A stretch of 64,000 nt of DNA from Microbotryum violaceum (taxonomy: Eukaryota): NCBI GenBank assembly GCA_001244265.2, contig CDLV01000012.1:1178001-1242000 (forward strand), written 5' to 3'. The notes beneath the pieces are model-generated. The model worked only from the letters and a program-made list of their open reading frames with translations, was not told the origin of the DNA and did no database searches. The position numbers and the translations under genes are program-made. Positions 1 to 14,536 of the stretch are shown here, in pieces; the first letter of the stretch is position 1; each line of letters starts with the position of its first letter.

Positions 1-57
1 AAGTCGCGTGAAGGTGTACAAAAACCCGGACGACGACAACAGAAAAGAGACGGATTT

Positions 58-149
58 GTCCTCAGAATGAGGTAAAGCAGATATGGTTGAGTCTCGGCAT
101 CATTTAATACGAAGCAGAACTGGAAAATAGTAACCAATCATCGTAGGAC
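58..149 (-). ncRNA. C/D box snoRNA, snR61/U38-like (intronic)
   Basis: The minus strand reads GTCC-tacg-ATGATTG (C box) ... ATGATG (C') ... CTGA (D box)-GGAC, with a 4-bp terminal stem. Internal CCAGTTCTGCTT is complementary to the conserved LSU rRNA sequence AAGCAGAACUGG (the snR61 target region, from memory). GCTTTACCTCAT before the D box is complementary to LSU AUGAGGUAAAGC. Confidence 0.75.
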
Positions 150-348
150 GGGGTCTTTTGTCTGTTGTCGTCGTCGTTGGGGTGGGGTCAGAGGAAAAGA
201 TGGAAGACTGACCTTTTGGTTGGGACGGCCGACAGGGGAGCAAGCGACCGAGGCCTTGGCTAATGCAGAATGAACGAATGGTCAGTCCTCTTTGCGATTC
301 CGACTTTGACCCCCACGAGATAAAAAGAGTGGATGGGAGTGGGAAAGT

Positions 349-452
349 ACGCCTCATTTGGTAGTGCATAACACAAAGTCCGCATGGTAGTGTCAATCAA
401 GACGGTTGGCGAGTATAAAATGATTTATTGTGTAGAGTTAAATCACAGGCGT
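349..452 (-). ncRNA. C/D box snoRNA, snR55/U33-like (intronic)
   Basis: The minus strand reads ACGCC-t-GTGATTT (C-like) ... TATGCACTACCAA-ATGA (D-like)-GGCGT, with a 5-bp terminal stem. The guide pairs (2 G.U) with SSU rRNA GGUGGUGCAUG, and the D-5 position falls on the U equivalent to yeast Um1269. Confidence 0.65.
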
Positions 453-839
453 GTTGTTGTGTGTGCAGTGAGGGAAGGTGAAGAGCAGGGCGTGGTGCCA
501 ACTAGCTAGGTCGCACCCGACCGCGTCGCACCCGACCGCGTCGCACCGGTGGAGAGGAGAGCAAAAAGGAAAAAACGAGGGAGAGCGCGTGAAGGTGTAC
601 TCACGAGGGTTAGAGTGGTGGTGGAGGTTGTACAGAGTCGGTCATGGTCGAGAGCGCAGCGGGTGCTGATGATGAACCATGGTCAGTAGCCGAATGGGAG
701 AAGAGGGGGAAAAAGCAAAGGTGAGGTGGGTGGTGGGTGGTGGGTGGTGGGTGGGGAGAGAGCAAGCCAGGCTCGCACCGAAAACACGAACAAGAACAAG
801 CTTCGTTTAGCTTCGTGCGACGCCAATTTTGAGCTTGGA

Positions 840-894
840 CCCATTTCAACCCATTTCGGCGCCCATTTCGGCGCCCATTTCGGCGCCCATTTCG
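840..894. repeat. 12-bp tandem repeat (CCCATTTCGGCG) x ~4 in the divergent promoter region
   Basis: Seen directly. Confidence 0.85.
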
Positions 895-1027
895 AGCGTG
901 GAGCTGAGCCAGTCGTCTCCTTTCGAGCAGTCAGCGCGCTTTACGCTCATCTCACAACAACACGAGCCTCTCCTTACCCAGCCCGCTCTTTCTTCTTCAC
1001 TCGGCCTAGGCATTGCTCTCCACCAAC

Positions 1028-2365
1028 ATGCAGACCGCAGACCGACGTCGATTCAATGGACCCGAGGGAGCTCGACCTCCTCGGTTCAACAAGACAGCAT
1101 CACTGGTAAGTGTACTCTTCCTTACACAATCGAGCCCCTACAAGTTGACTTGACCTCACGAGTATATCTTCCCTACCACACGGGATCAGGCCAACGATGC
1201 TGCTTCGACTTGGCGCCAGGACGGTCGCACGCCCTCGCAGATCCGACCCATCTGTGAGTCTACATATCCAGGAGCACCAATGTGGCTGCCCCGTCCAGAA
1301 CTCCTGATTGAACATTGGATTCATAGTCATGCAAACCGGCCTTGTCAGCGATGCATCAGGATCAGTCTACATCGAAACCGGTCGGACCAAGGTCATCTGC
1401 GCAGTGTCAGTTCTCTCATCTAGGCCCCCGGCCTCTCCCAGCTTGCATTCCAGACCCGAATTTGACGAGTAAAACCTCGTATAGACACGGACCAAAACCC
1501 ACAGCCCCCTCGGTCGCCTTTAGTCCGAGAGCCCGCCTCAACGTCGAAGTCAAATTCGCCCCATTTTCCTCGGGCATTCGGCGATTCGCTCCTGGCAAGG
1601 TACGCACCGAGCTCGTCGATGCCGAGCAAATACTATCCACCCGAGCTAATATCGAGACCCTCCCTTCCCTCACCCAGGATACGGAATCATTGACCCTATC
1701 CAGCGCAGTGCATCAAGCGATTATCCCTTCGCTCTTGCTCGAGGCGTTGCCGAAATCCCAGATCGACCTGTTCCTCACCATCCTAGAGTCCGATGGCAAT
1801 GACGATGATATCGCAGCGCAAGTTTCCAAGAAAAGGTTTTCTAGGCGTTGAGGTTACCTGATGCTAACCTGCTCTCAGCAAGTCCTCGCAGTGGAATCAC
1901 AGCAGCCTCCGTGGCACTCGCCAAAGCCGGGATCCCGATGCGAGGTCTCGTCGTCGCCACATCAGCCGTAAGCAAACCTCCATCATCATCTCAGCCTATC
2001 CCCGAATTACTAATCCAGCCCACACTCTACATCACACAGGCCCTTCTGTCCCGTTGCCCAACCCAAGCCTTCTTCGACCCCGCCCTCGCCGAAGCACGAA
2101 ATTCAATAGCTTTCGCCACCATCGCATGTCTTCCCGCCTTGGGAACAATCACCAGTCTCACAACGACTGGATCCTTCCCTATGATCGTTTTGGAAGAGGT
2201 GCGTCTGGTTCAGCGAGTGATCTAACCTCTCGAAAAGCTCAACTCACGTCTTGTACCCGTGACGTTGAGTCGCATCAGACTCTCGAAACGGCCGTCAAGA
2301 TTTGTGGTCAATTGCATGGCGTGGCCAAACAAGCACTTTTGGATGACTCGAATGAGGACCTTTAA
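1028..2365 (+). CDS. MTR3: Exosome RNase PH-like subunit Mtr3 (multi-exon)
   Basis: N-terminus MQTADRRRFNGPEG. Exons encode GSVYIETGRTKVICAV, VEVKFAPFS, LLLEALPKSQIDLFLTILESDG and ITAASVALAKAGIPMRGLV. GT/GC-AG introns. Confidence 0.85.
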
Positions 2366-2559
2366 CATCTCTTTTAAGACCTGGTTTTTGTTGCGGTGTA
2401 GGAAACCCTCCCTGTGTTGTAATCTTATCATTCCAAAAAAAAACTAAAATGTGATACCGCCTCCCATTCCTCTTGGCGCCGCTCCCCCCCTCAGATTTCT
2501 GTTCATAGGTTTGTACTCAGTTCCGTCAACTAGACGCCCTCGAACAAGGAAAGAACCGA

Positions 2560-3033
2560 ACCTAACGTCTCGAACCACTAAAGAATGAGCAAGGGCTGCG
2601 CCTGTTCCTCTTCTGAAAACGACAGAAAGAAGAAGAAAACACGAAATGTTCCACTCCCACCCCCCTTATCCACTCCCCTCTCCTCGCCCAGCCCTCTATC
2701 ACCCTTGACACCACCACTTGGAAGCAAACGAGAGATAAAGCGGTTTCTTCAAGACCCCAGCCTTTTTCAACGCTTGTTCGGAAGTGCGCCTAAGAATGAC
2801 AAAGAGGCAACGTTTCGGAAAGGTGTGATGAACGAGGGCCATAAGAGTGAAATTCGGCTAACTTCCTCCTTTCGGGTAATTGAGACGAGGAACGGGGAGG
2901 TGGTGTGCTCTTCCTTCCTAGGATTTGAGGTGCGTTTCGATCGGGTTCTCTTCCGTTCTTTTGGGTCATCCATCGTTGCGGTGTTCGGAAGTATCAGAGT
3001 GTCATCATTGAGGGGTGTTGAAGTTGACTGCAT
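2560..3033 (-). CDS. Possible small hypothetical protein (multi-exon)
   Basis: ATG at 3033 opens an ORF, and a plausible GT..TAG intron leads to an in-frame second exon. No homology recognised, and the 3' end is uncertain. Confidence 0.25.
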
Positions 3034-3126
3034 AGATTGGTGTATGTTTGGGTGTTTGTGTTCGTGCTAGATCCTATTCGTTACATTATCGGTCCATATT
3101 TCGAAAAGCCGGTGTGGGCGATTCGC

Positions 3127-4128
3127 TCAATCCCGCAGCCTGCCGAACGAATCGATTATCAGCCAGGCGTCTTCCCTAACGACCTCAAGTGTTGTACCAT
3201 ACCTCTTGGCAACCTCCTCCTTTTGCGCCTTGAGCGCGGCAACCTTCTCCTCCTTCGTCGCATCATAGCTAACCGTCAACTGATTGAACGGGTTATCCGG
3301 ATGTTTCTTGAACGCGTCATACAACCTCTCATTATACTGCTGCAACCTCAACCCGGGGTAATCCTTCTTCATCTGGGGCAACTCGTTGGCCTTGTAGGCT
3401 TCGAACGCGGCCTTGTAACGACGTTCGGGGTGTGAATCGACTTTGGAACTGGCTTGGGCTCCGACGTAAGCTTTGTCCGTTCGTTCGGTCACGAGGCTGA
3501 GCATGTCCAACGCGTCATCGATTCCAGTGGCGGAGAAAGAGGTTGGTTCTTCAACTCCATCGGAGAAAGAAGGGATCTTGGTTGAGGCGGGAGGTTTGGC
3601 GGGGGCAGCGCCGGCTTTCTTGGCGCCGGCTTTAGGGGCGGCTGGTTTGGCGGTTTTGATGGACGCTTCTTCTTCGGCGAGGAGACGAGCGGCTTCCTCT
3701 TTGCGTGCCTTGGCGGCGGCTGCGGCGGCGACTTTGTCTTCCCCTTTACCTTTGCCTTTACTGAGGAAAGGGAAAAAAGTGAAGATGATCAGACCCCACG
3801 ACAACAGAGGTTTTTACGTAAAGCCGAACGCCGGATAGCGAGCGACTGACGCTCCCTTTGACCATTCGGCCTCTTCGGCGGCGGCCGCTTTGGCGTTCTC
3901 GGCCTTCTTCTTTTGGTTGGACGCTTCCTCCTTTCTGTCAAGGGGTTGCAAGGGGTTGGGGTGAGGTTGGGGTGAGTTAAGGTTGCGCCAGGGCGTGTGG
4001 GAGGATGTGTGGTCGTGGCCCTGACTGACTGGGCGATTCGTTCCTTCTTCTGCTCGAGGGTAAACAGGGGCGGATCAGTCATGGCTCACCAAAGAGCCGA
4101 GATGAATGATGATTTGACTTACTGCCAT
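3127..4128 (-). CDS. CCDC124/Lso2/Oxs1-family coiled-coil protein
   Basis: Lys/Ala-rich N-terminal exons. C-terminal motifs SATGIDDALDML and DSHPERRYKAAFEAYKANELPQMKKDYPGLRLQQYNERLYDAFKKHPDNPFNQ. ATG-GCA followed by GTAAGT at 4128. Confidence 0.8.
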
Positions 4129-4322
4129 GATTGGGGATGTGCGTGGCCGTGGGTTGGATGAGGGGTCAAGGAAGAAAGGAGAGAGTTGTTTCCCGTCGCG
4201 AAACTAGCGCGCTTCCGCTTTCTCTGCAGCTCTCGTCCTCTTTCGTCATCGCTCGTCCGAGTCGAGCGTCCCGGCTTCCGTCAGCTTTTACCTCTCTGTG
4301 TTTACTCCGTTCGGCACTCAGG

Positions 4323-6028
4323 ATGTCACACGATCCTTTCAACACGAGAGCGTATGGCTCCCTTCAGGATCTCACCCATCGTCTTGTGGCACAGTGGCTA
4401 CAGAAGCAAGGTCAGTCAGCAGTCGACAGGTGCGATCTTCGAACCCCCACATCCGCCTCGTCGACCTGACCGCACCTCCATCTCCACCCCCTCAACAGGC
4501 TACAGCGACACGCTGGCCCACCTATCCAGCGAAAGTGAGGTGCCCATCCCCCGCCTGCTCAACGACAAGCGCTACACGCTCGACCCCCTCCTAACCGACC
4601 TGATCGAAGACCACCTCCATCGTCTCGCCGCCCAAACCGCAAACCAAGCCGAAGCGATCCCCTTTAAAGCTGAACTGGCTCAATTGGTTGAATCGATTCC
4701 CAAGTTACAGTTCCCGAATAGATTGACGACGCCGATTAGGGATCTGGCGAATTTCTTGACGGTGCAAGTTGGGTTATGGCCGAGGAGGAGGTGGGATTCA
4801 GACACGTTGAGCTTCAAGAGGTACTACGATGCTCACTTTCATTCCTGGTCGTTTCCGAAGCCCGCATCATATGCTTATGTGGTATCTCTCAACTCCAACA
4901 GTGAATGGATCCCCAGCATCTACACCACCTCCGTGGACTCGCTCAAGATTTTCAACCGCTTCGACGCTTCCCTCCTCGACACCATCCCCCTCCCTTCCCC
5001 CATCATCTCCTTCGCCCTACACCCCCAACACCGCCGAATAGGCCTCTTTTCAACTATGCAAGGTTCGACCCACCTCATCGATCTCGTCACTCGAAAAGTC
5101 AAGCAAGTGTTGAGGGATCATACCAAATACGTCGTCGGAACCTTGTTCGATTCCGATCAAGGTAAATGGGCCATGACGTGGGCTAGGGATAACTCCCTTC
5201 GAATTTACGAGTTTGAATATAAGCAAGGTGAAACGGAGGAGATCGTTTTGGAAGGGGAGGAGAGCGACGAGTTCGCTTCCGAACCTGAAGTACGCTTGAT
5301 AGAACGACATGTCGTTCATACGGTTACCAATCCCGAAGCGGCGGTTTTTTTACCCGGTGCGACTCATCTCGTTTATACCGCTAGGGATGATCATCTCTTG
5401 CACGAAGTCGTCTTACCGCAAACAGAGGACGAAAGCAACGCTTGGAGTACGAACGGGATCAACTTGAATGAGAACGGTGATGATTGGTGTTCTTTTTCCA
5501 TGCAAGTTTCTTCCCTTTCCCCCCCCCCCCCCAAACCCCAAACCCTGTCCCCGAAAAGAACCCTACTAACCCTCCCGCTATTCCACCGTACCCAGTCTCG
5601 AAATAGCGCTCCACCCAACGCTCCCCATCCTATCCCTCCAAACCTCCACTGAAAACGCTCGTATACTCTTATACGCATTCCATTCCCCGCACCGACTAGC
5701 GACTTTGCATACGCAAGCGATCCAAACCGATTATTTTCAACCCAAACACGTTTGGTTACCCTCCGGTAACGCCGTCGTCGTTACTAGTGAGGATGGGATT
5801 TTGAGGATCGTTGGCATTGGTGGTAGGTTGATCAAGGAGGTCGCGGCTCATGGTGCGGCTGTTCCTGAAGAGGAGGAGGATGGGTTGGAGCTTTCGGAGA
5901 GAGCGCACGTGAGGAGGGTTAAGGTTAAAGGTAGTTCGGTAATTAAAGGGGTGACGTGTGTGGAGGATGAGGACGGTCTGAGTATTTGGAGTTGTGGGTT
6001 CGATAAGACGGTCAAGAGGATACATTGA
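4323..6028 (+). CDS. LisH-motif WD40-repeat protein
   Basis: LisH-like LVAQWLQKQG|YSDTLAHL split by an intron. WD-like repeats: DHTKYVV...TWARDNSLRIY, TSEDGILRIV, SCGFDKTVK. Confidence 0.7.
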
Positions 6029-6277
6029 TTGAGGCTCATTCGTCGAGTGGGCGATGTCAAAATGATCGCGCCCGTTTCACAAAACAAAACCTAAAACAAA
6101 TACGAGCAAAACCTTACACACATCCGAGAGGGCTTTTAGTACTAACGCCAAAAGGGGATCAGAGTCGGTCTGTGGAGAGCGTACCCGAAGATGTCGAGGG
6201 TCAGCTTGAAGGCTCGAACCTTGCCAAGGCAAGGAGGGGATGGGAGCTTACAATCAAAGTGAGCGAATCCAGCGACA

Positions 6278-8126
6278 CTAGCCTTCAACTTTGATCGTTC
6301 CGGGGACCTGCGAACACAAACCTTCAAGATCAGTTATATCAGGAACATACAAAACCAATGAAGCAACTGACCATCCCAACACCAAATCCTGCACGACGTT
6401 GATCCGATCCCCCCCAAACACCAATTGATCCTTGAATTGGAAAGTCGGCGCACCGCACAACCCCAACGCCTGCGCTTGTTCGGTGTTGTGACGTAATTGA
6501 TCTTTTGCGGCCAGGGATCGGGCAACGAGGGTCTTGCCGTCGAAACCGGCGGCGGTCAGCACTTCGACGACGACTTGGTCATCGGAGATGCGGCGGTTAT
6601 GGCGCCAGGCGGCGCGGAAGAGGCAGGGGATCGTCTTGGGCTGTAAAGGGATGATGATGGAGAGTATAAGCACTTTGTTTTTAGTCATGAGGTTCGTGTA
6701 AGAAGATTTTACCTCGAGGAGGGCGACTCGAAGGGCCGTGACGGAGCGGATGGGGAATTCGTCGGGCCAGGCCATGGAGGGGCCTTCGATAGGGGGGTAT
6801 TCTTGAGCATTGACCGCAGTCCAGTCTGAGGGGGGGGGGGGGGGGCGGGGAGGCATCAGTGAGGAGTTCATCCAGGGGCTTGCTCTTGATCACGGCACTC
6901 ACAGCGGTTCCAGTCTTGCAAACTATGAGGTATCGTGGCAGACGGGAGAGAGGATGTCAGTTGGCTTCGATTGCAAGGCGCAAATCATCATTCCCGCACG
7001 CACTCTTGCATATTGTACTTGCGACGCGCCTCCGACATGGACTCCATCGGGACCATCGGGGTACCAATTCCCTTGAACAAAGCTCCCAACAAGAAGGGTA
7101 CGAGCTCGATTGTGAGACCGGGCCCGCTTTCCCGCTGGATACGCTCGAGTTGACTCCAGGCGAGGTAGCTCCAAGGCGAGGAAAAGTCGAACCAAAACTT
7201 AAGGTGGCGCTTACGGCTCTCCCGCCCCGTTCGAAGGCATCGAGGGTGCAGACGTTCAAGTTGTCGGATCGACTCGACGGGCTTGTTGAGCTTGATCGAG
7301 ATCAACTCGGCTTCGAGCAAGACCATCCTGTCCTGGCCCCAGAAGAGCTTTTCACGCGAGGGGATGTAGAACGAAGGGACGCCGAACGCGCCACGTTCGA
7401 ATGCTTCTTGCGTGTTGGCACGCAATTGGTCCTCTCGGTTGACATCGGAAAACACGCTCTCGTCGAGTTGGAACGATAGCGTGGGCGAGAGGGAAAAGGG
7501 ACCGGCATGGGTCGGGGTCGCGACCGAGGTCAGCTTGAGGTTGCGAGCGATGCGCAGCAGGGTCGCCCTCGAGCTAATGTTGGCGTTGTCGAAGAAGTAA
7601 GCGCGGAAGATCTCGCGAGCGAGTGTACCCCGATGTTCGTTGGGGAATGCACACAGCAAACGTCCGGCGTCGACGGAGCGCACAGGGTGATCAGGGTGGA
7701 ACTTGATGGGGAGACCGTAGCGCTTGGACTCGCGCTGGAAGTCGACGGCGGCGAGTGCACGCTTGGCGGGCGCATAGACATCCGTTGCCGATCCGTCCTT
7801 GCCCTGGGGTGCTTGGGTCATGCCATAGAGCGCACCAAGTACGACCGGCTTCCATGTGACGTTGGCGCCGGTGAACCTGATCACGTCCGGCAGCCGCTCG
7901 GAAGCGATGAAGGCGTATCTGATGGTGGTGATGGGGAACGGGCGAGCAAGTGACCGGAGCGCCGGGGGTTGCGGAGCCAAGCACGGAGCATTCGTCAGGG
8001 CCGGGTGGAACATGAGGAAAGGAGGACCTGGAGCAGAGCAGTGGGAACATACGGGCAGACGACATCAAAGTAGAACACGACTTCGGGTACAGTGAATCCG
8101 GTGGTGGGGGACGTCGCCAATGCCAT
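6278..8126 (-). CDS. Tandem two-domain GST-kappa / 2-hydroxychromene-2-carboxylate isomerase (DsbA-like) protein
   Basis: Domain 1: FYFDVVCP|YAFIAS...GAFGVPSF...LFWGQDRM. Domain 2: FWFDFSSPWSYLA...GLCGAPTF...LVFGGDRI. The 3' end is approximate. Confidence 0.8.
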
Positions 8127-8769
8127 TCCGGCTATTTGCGCCCAAAGAGGGGAAGGAGAGACGGGAGGGACGTTCGCAAGGAAATGTGTTGGGAAGGGCG
8201 ATCACCAGTTCGCGACCAGGTTGAGCCGAGTGGTAAAGCAAGAGGGCTGATTGGTATACGGTCGAGTCGAAAGAGACAGCAGCGATAAGCTTGAGGGGTA
8301 GGTGCTGCTTGGAGGCGTGGGTGCGGTGGGTGTGCTGACTTGAGCGGAGCGGGGCCAAAAGGCGAAGAGGAGCAAGGTCCCACGCGAGGAAGGTGCTTTA
8401 TGATTTCAGAGTCCGAAGCAGTCCGAAGCAGGTCGATCGCAGCGGCGGCGGCGGCGGCAACGGCTTGTGGCCGGCGTGCCACTGCCCGGTTCGGCTGACG
8501 GCTATCCGAGAAACGTGTAGAACAAAAATGTGGGGCAAGTCAGAAAACCAATTTTGACTCTGTATCCTATGTGGAAGACTCAACCGGCGCTATCCTTAAT
8601 TTGGGCAGCTGCAGTCCGAGTCGAGGTCGGCGACAGCGGAATAATTCCTCACGTGCTGAAGCCCTGATCGGAACCGCCAAAAGTATCGCCGGCCGACACT
8701 TTCGCAGAGCACTCGTGTCTCGCAGGAAATTCACCTCCAGTCTACTATCAGCTGCCGCTCCAGCACAGC

Positions 8770-11700
8770 ATGTCGACTCAGGCCGAGTCCACTCGATCAG
8801 AGGCATCAGAAGCCAAGCAGGAGCCTCCTTACTGGATGGAAAAAGCTGGTGTAACACCCATCAAATCCGAGTAAGCTCGTCGTCTGTCGGGAGAGTGCCC
8901 CACAGCGCTCGTGCTCGGAAAGCTTACCCGTCTTCATATCTCAATTCCGGCTCAGATACGTGCTTTGGGACAAGATCAAGAACGGTCAAGGTGATCGTAA
9001 ACCCAACGATGACGATGCCGCAGAAGCTGGGACATCGAGGGTAGGCAAGCAAGATCGCTCTCGCCCCTCGACCTCCACCTCCTCAGACCAGGCTGCTGTC
9101 GCTGCCTCGGAAAATGGCGAGGGACAGGACGGAATTGAGCCTGGACATAAGAAAGCTCGACTTTCGGGAGCGGAGAAGAGAAAGGTGGCCCTGGCCAAGC
9201 AAACCGCACCTCCAGCCGGAGCAGAGGGTGGAGATGGGGACTCGGGGGCGAAGAGGCAGTCGGGCCAGAACAAGGTGAGTCTTCCTGTGGGAGATCACCA
9301 TTTCGAGTCCCTCGATCATATTTTCAAACCATCTTTGTCCGTCGTCTTTTATAGGGCCGCGTCTTCAACCATTCTGCGGGGACAGGGGGCATTCGCTTGT
9401 GCAATAACGTCGCACAGGGATCCCCATGCCGAAAACCTGAAGGTGCGTACACTCCGTAACTCCTCAAAGGATTGCGAAAGTACTTACCTCCTTTTTGCTG
9501 CAGGTCAGTGCCGTTGGTCGCATGACATCTCGGCCTACATGGCCCAGCGTATCGCCGACATTCGCTCCGCCTTACCGACCTCGGCCGAAGATTTGTCACC
9601 GGCGGACTCCGTTCGTCGCTGCCCCTCCTTTGACTCCTTGGGCAAGTGTACCGATGGGATTAAGTGTCGGTTTGGATCAGCACACATTCGTCAAGTCGAA
9701 CCTGGGGCTGGGTTCCAAGGGTCCGAATGGGAACTCGTTCAGGACGTGGACAAGATCCGTCTCACTGCCGAACAACTCGGGCCAAAAGCTAGCGACAAGG
9801 GCGAATACAACCTGGTCGACATGCCAACGATCAAACTCATCCGTGGTGGCCAAGGCGCAACCAAGAAGGTCAGTCGATCATCTCGATTTACCCGGTGTGC
9901 ACTGCCCGATCGAGTCGCTGATGAGATCCGGACCACAGGAGCGTTTCCCTCTCTCGGTCGCGTACCTGACTTCGATCGGAGAAGAACTGGACTCGCGCGA
10001 CTTTGGAGGTCAGAACTCGAAGAAAGGTCGAGGTTCAAAACGTCAACGCCAAGGAGACCCCGAAGTCTTTGTTGCCGTCGATGACTACGATCAAGAACCT
10101 GAGCCTGAACCGGCTTCGCGAACTTTCGTCCCGGATATGGCACAGACTCGTCCGCTCGAGAAAAAGAAGCTGAACTGGAAAGGGAAGCTTTACATGCCCG
10201 CACTCACCACCGTCGGTGCACTGCCGTTCCGTCGTTTGGCCGTTTCGTACGGGTGCGACATCACCGTGGGTGAGATGGCACTTGCTCAGGAGTTGCTGTC
10301 GGGCAACTCGAGCGAGTTCAGCCTTCTCAGAAGGTAAGTTGGATCCTATAGTCTGCTGTGATTCTGCCCCACTTACGAACTTGATTCGGCATCTTCGTAG
10401 GCACCCGAGCGAAAAGGAATTTGGTGTGCAAATCTGCGGCTCACGTCCACAAACCATGACCATGGCGGCCGAGGCGATCGTGCAGCATTGCGACGTTGAC
10501 TTCATAGGCAAGTCCCAAGACCTTCCTCATTCCATGCCTGCTTGTTGGAGATATGGCTAATGGGATATTTTGTTTGCCAATTTTCAGATGTGAACTGTGG
10601 ATGTCCCATCGATCTCGTTTTCAACAAAGGAGCCGGTTCGGCCTTGCTCGCGCACGCGAACAAACTGGGTAAATGTCTCGTCGGGATGAATCGTGTGCTC
10701 GGGGAGATCCCCGTATCGCTCAAGATTAGGACGGGTGTGGCGGCGAATTCCCCTATGGCGCACAAGTTGATGCCTCGGTTGCAGAAGGAATGGTCCGTCA
10801 GTGCTATTACGATGCATGGTCGATCGAGGGCGCAGCGCTACTCGAAATTGGCGGACTAGTGAGTGCCGATTGGATCGGATATTTCTGCTCTATTATAGCT
10901 CATTTATGGTTCTCTCTATGCCTCCTTATGACAGCGACTACATCGGAGAATGCGTCAAAGTGCTACGCGACACCGCGAAGGAGGACAACCTCGAGCCGAT
11001 CCCCTTCTTTGGCAATGGTGATGCATACGATTGGCGAACCTATCATGAGAACCTCGAGGCGACCAAGGCAGATGGTGTCGCGATCGCGCGTGGGGCACTG
11101 ATCAAACCTTGGATCTTTACGGAGGTGAGTTGAGGGTGTTTTCTGGCTCTACGAAGAGGTCTCTTTGGGAAGCAACGGTACTAATACTGCATTGCGGTCT
11201 CTGGTTCGGCAGATCAAGGAGCGTCGCGATTGGGATATTAGCGCCACCGAGCGACTCGAGATGATCGGCAAATTGACTGATTTCGGACTGGAGCACTTCG
11301 TGAGTTTGGTTTGTGCCAACACCCATGCTGGGTGAATCGTCATTGATCCTCTGCCCTCGCCTCAAGGGTTCGGATCAAATCGGCGTCAACCATGTCCGCC
11401 GCTTCGTCTGCGAAAGTCTCAGTTTCACCCACCGATACGTCCCCGTGGGCCTGCTCGAGAAATTGCCTGCCAAACTCAACGAACGACCGTTGCCTTACAA
11501 GGGGAGGAACGAACTTGAGGTGCGTGGACAACCTTCTTTCATTGAGGATCGTTGTTTGTTGATCTTGCTCTGCTGACATCGTTTTTTATCTCGTAGACCT
11601 TGTTGGCGAGTGACCAATCGAGAGATTGGGTCAAGATCACCGAGGTGAGTCTCTGGCTCTTCTCATGCTGATCGTGGTCCATTAGCTGATCCTTGCGTTT

Positions 11701-11799
11701 TCGTGAAAGATGTTCTTGGGACCCGCACCCTCGGATTGGAGTTTCAAACCCAAACACAAGTCCAGCGCGACTGGACAAGAAGCGGATGCTCAAGGCTAG
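8770..11799 (+). CDS. DUS3: tRNA-dihydrouridine(47) synthase (multi-exon)
   Basis: CCCH zinc fingers (CRWSHD, CRFGSAH), [59 protein letters not shown], and C-terminal FKPKHKS. Confidence 0.92.
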
Positions 11800-11924
11800 C
11801 TCATCTCACTCCGGGAAGCGTGGACGTAACAGGACAAATATGTGTAACAACATGCAACGATTACAACATATATCACGAACAAGTGGATGGACCAAGAGAG
11901 CTGGCAATGACACGTAAGACCTTT

Positions 11925-13883
<1,959 letters not shown>

Positions 13884-14536
13884 GGCTGGCCTTGATCGGT
13901 GATGGTGATGGTGGCGTCCGCTGGTGGACTCGCAAGTCACGCGCCTGCTTCTTTATGACTTGCGCTCTTGCGCCGCTCCGCTGAGCCGCTGAAATGGACC
14001 CGGATTGACCCGCTTTTGTAATGGGCGCGGCACCAGAGGAACTTTGTAATCCCTAATTGTGCCTGTTCTAGGCTGCGGCGCGCTCTTGAGCGCTCTCGTC
14101 CCCAAGGTCGTTCGACATCCTCTCACCGCACCTGTACCAACCCTAACAACACCTCAACACTACGACCGTACACGGCTCACCCCATCTTGCGTGACCACAC
14201 GTGTGGAACGCCTACGAGAAGCGCGTACCTTCCGCTCTAACGTTGGTGCGCCTCAGCTCTTCACTCAACGCTGCCCGGTGCGACGACGACGCGCGTGCTT
14301 GCGACCTTCACGTTCTCCAGGCGCGCGCCGCCACTCGCCTCGCCCTAAAAACAACAGACGCGAAGGTGAGTCATACGACCCTCCGTCATCATCGCCTGGC
14401 GTCTCACGGAGGAGCGTTGGGGTCGTTCAACATGCGCTCACACTCTTTACTCTCCCACTCCTCCCCGTAGCGTACTGAATAGATAGCGGAAGGGCCCAGG
14501 AACGTGATTGCGCCACCATCCCTCGCTCAACCCACG

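Larger units (their letters stand above)
1..700 (-). ncRNA. Putative non-coding snoRNA host transcript (runs off the left edge)
   Basis: Short exons (~606-665 and ~213-260) are bounded by CTGAC branch points, YAG acceptors and GTGAGT/GTCAGT donors. There is no convincing ORF, and each intron holds one snoRNA. Confidence 0.5.
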
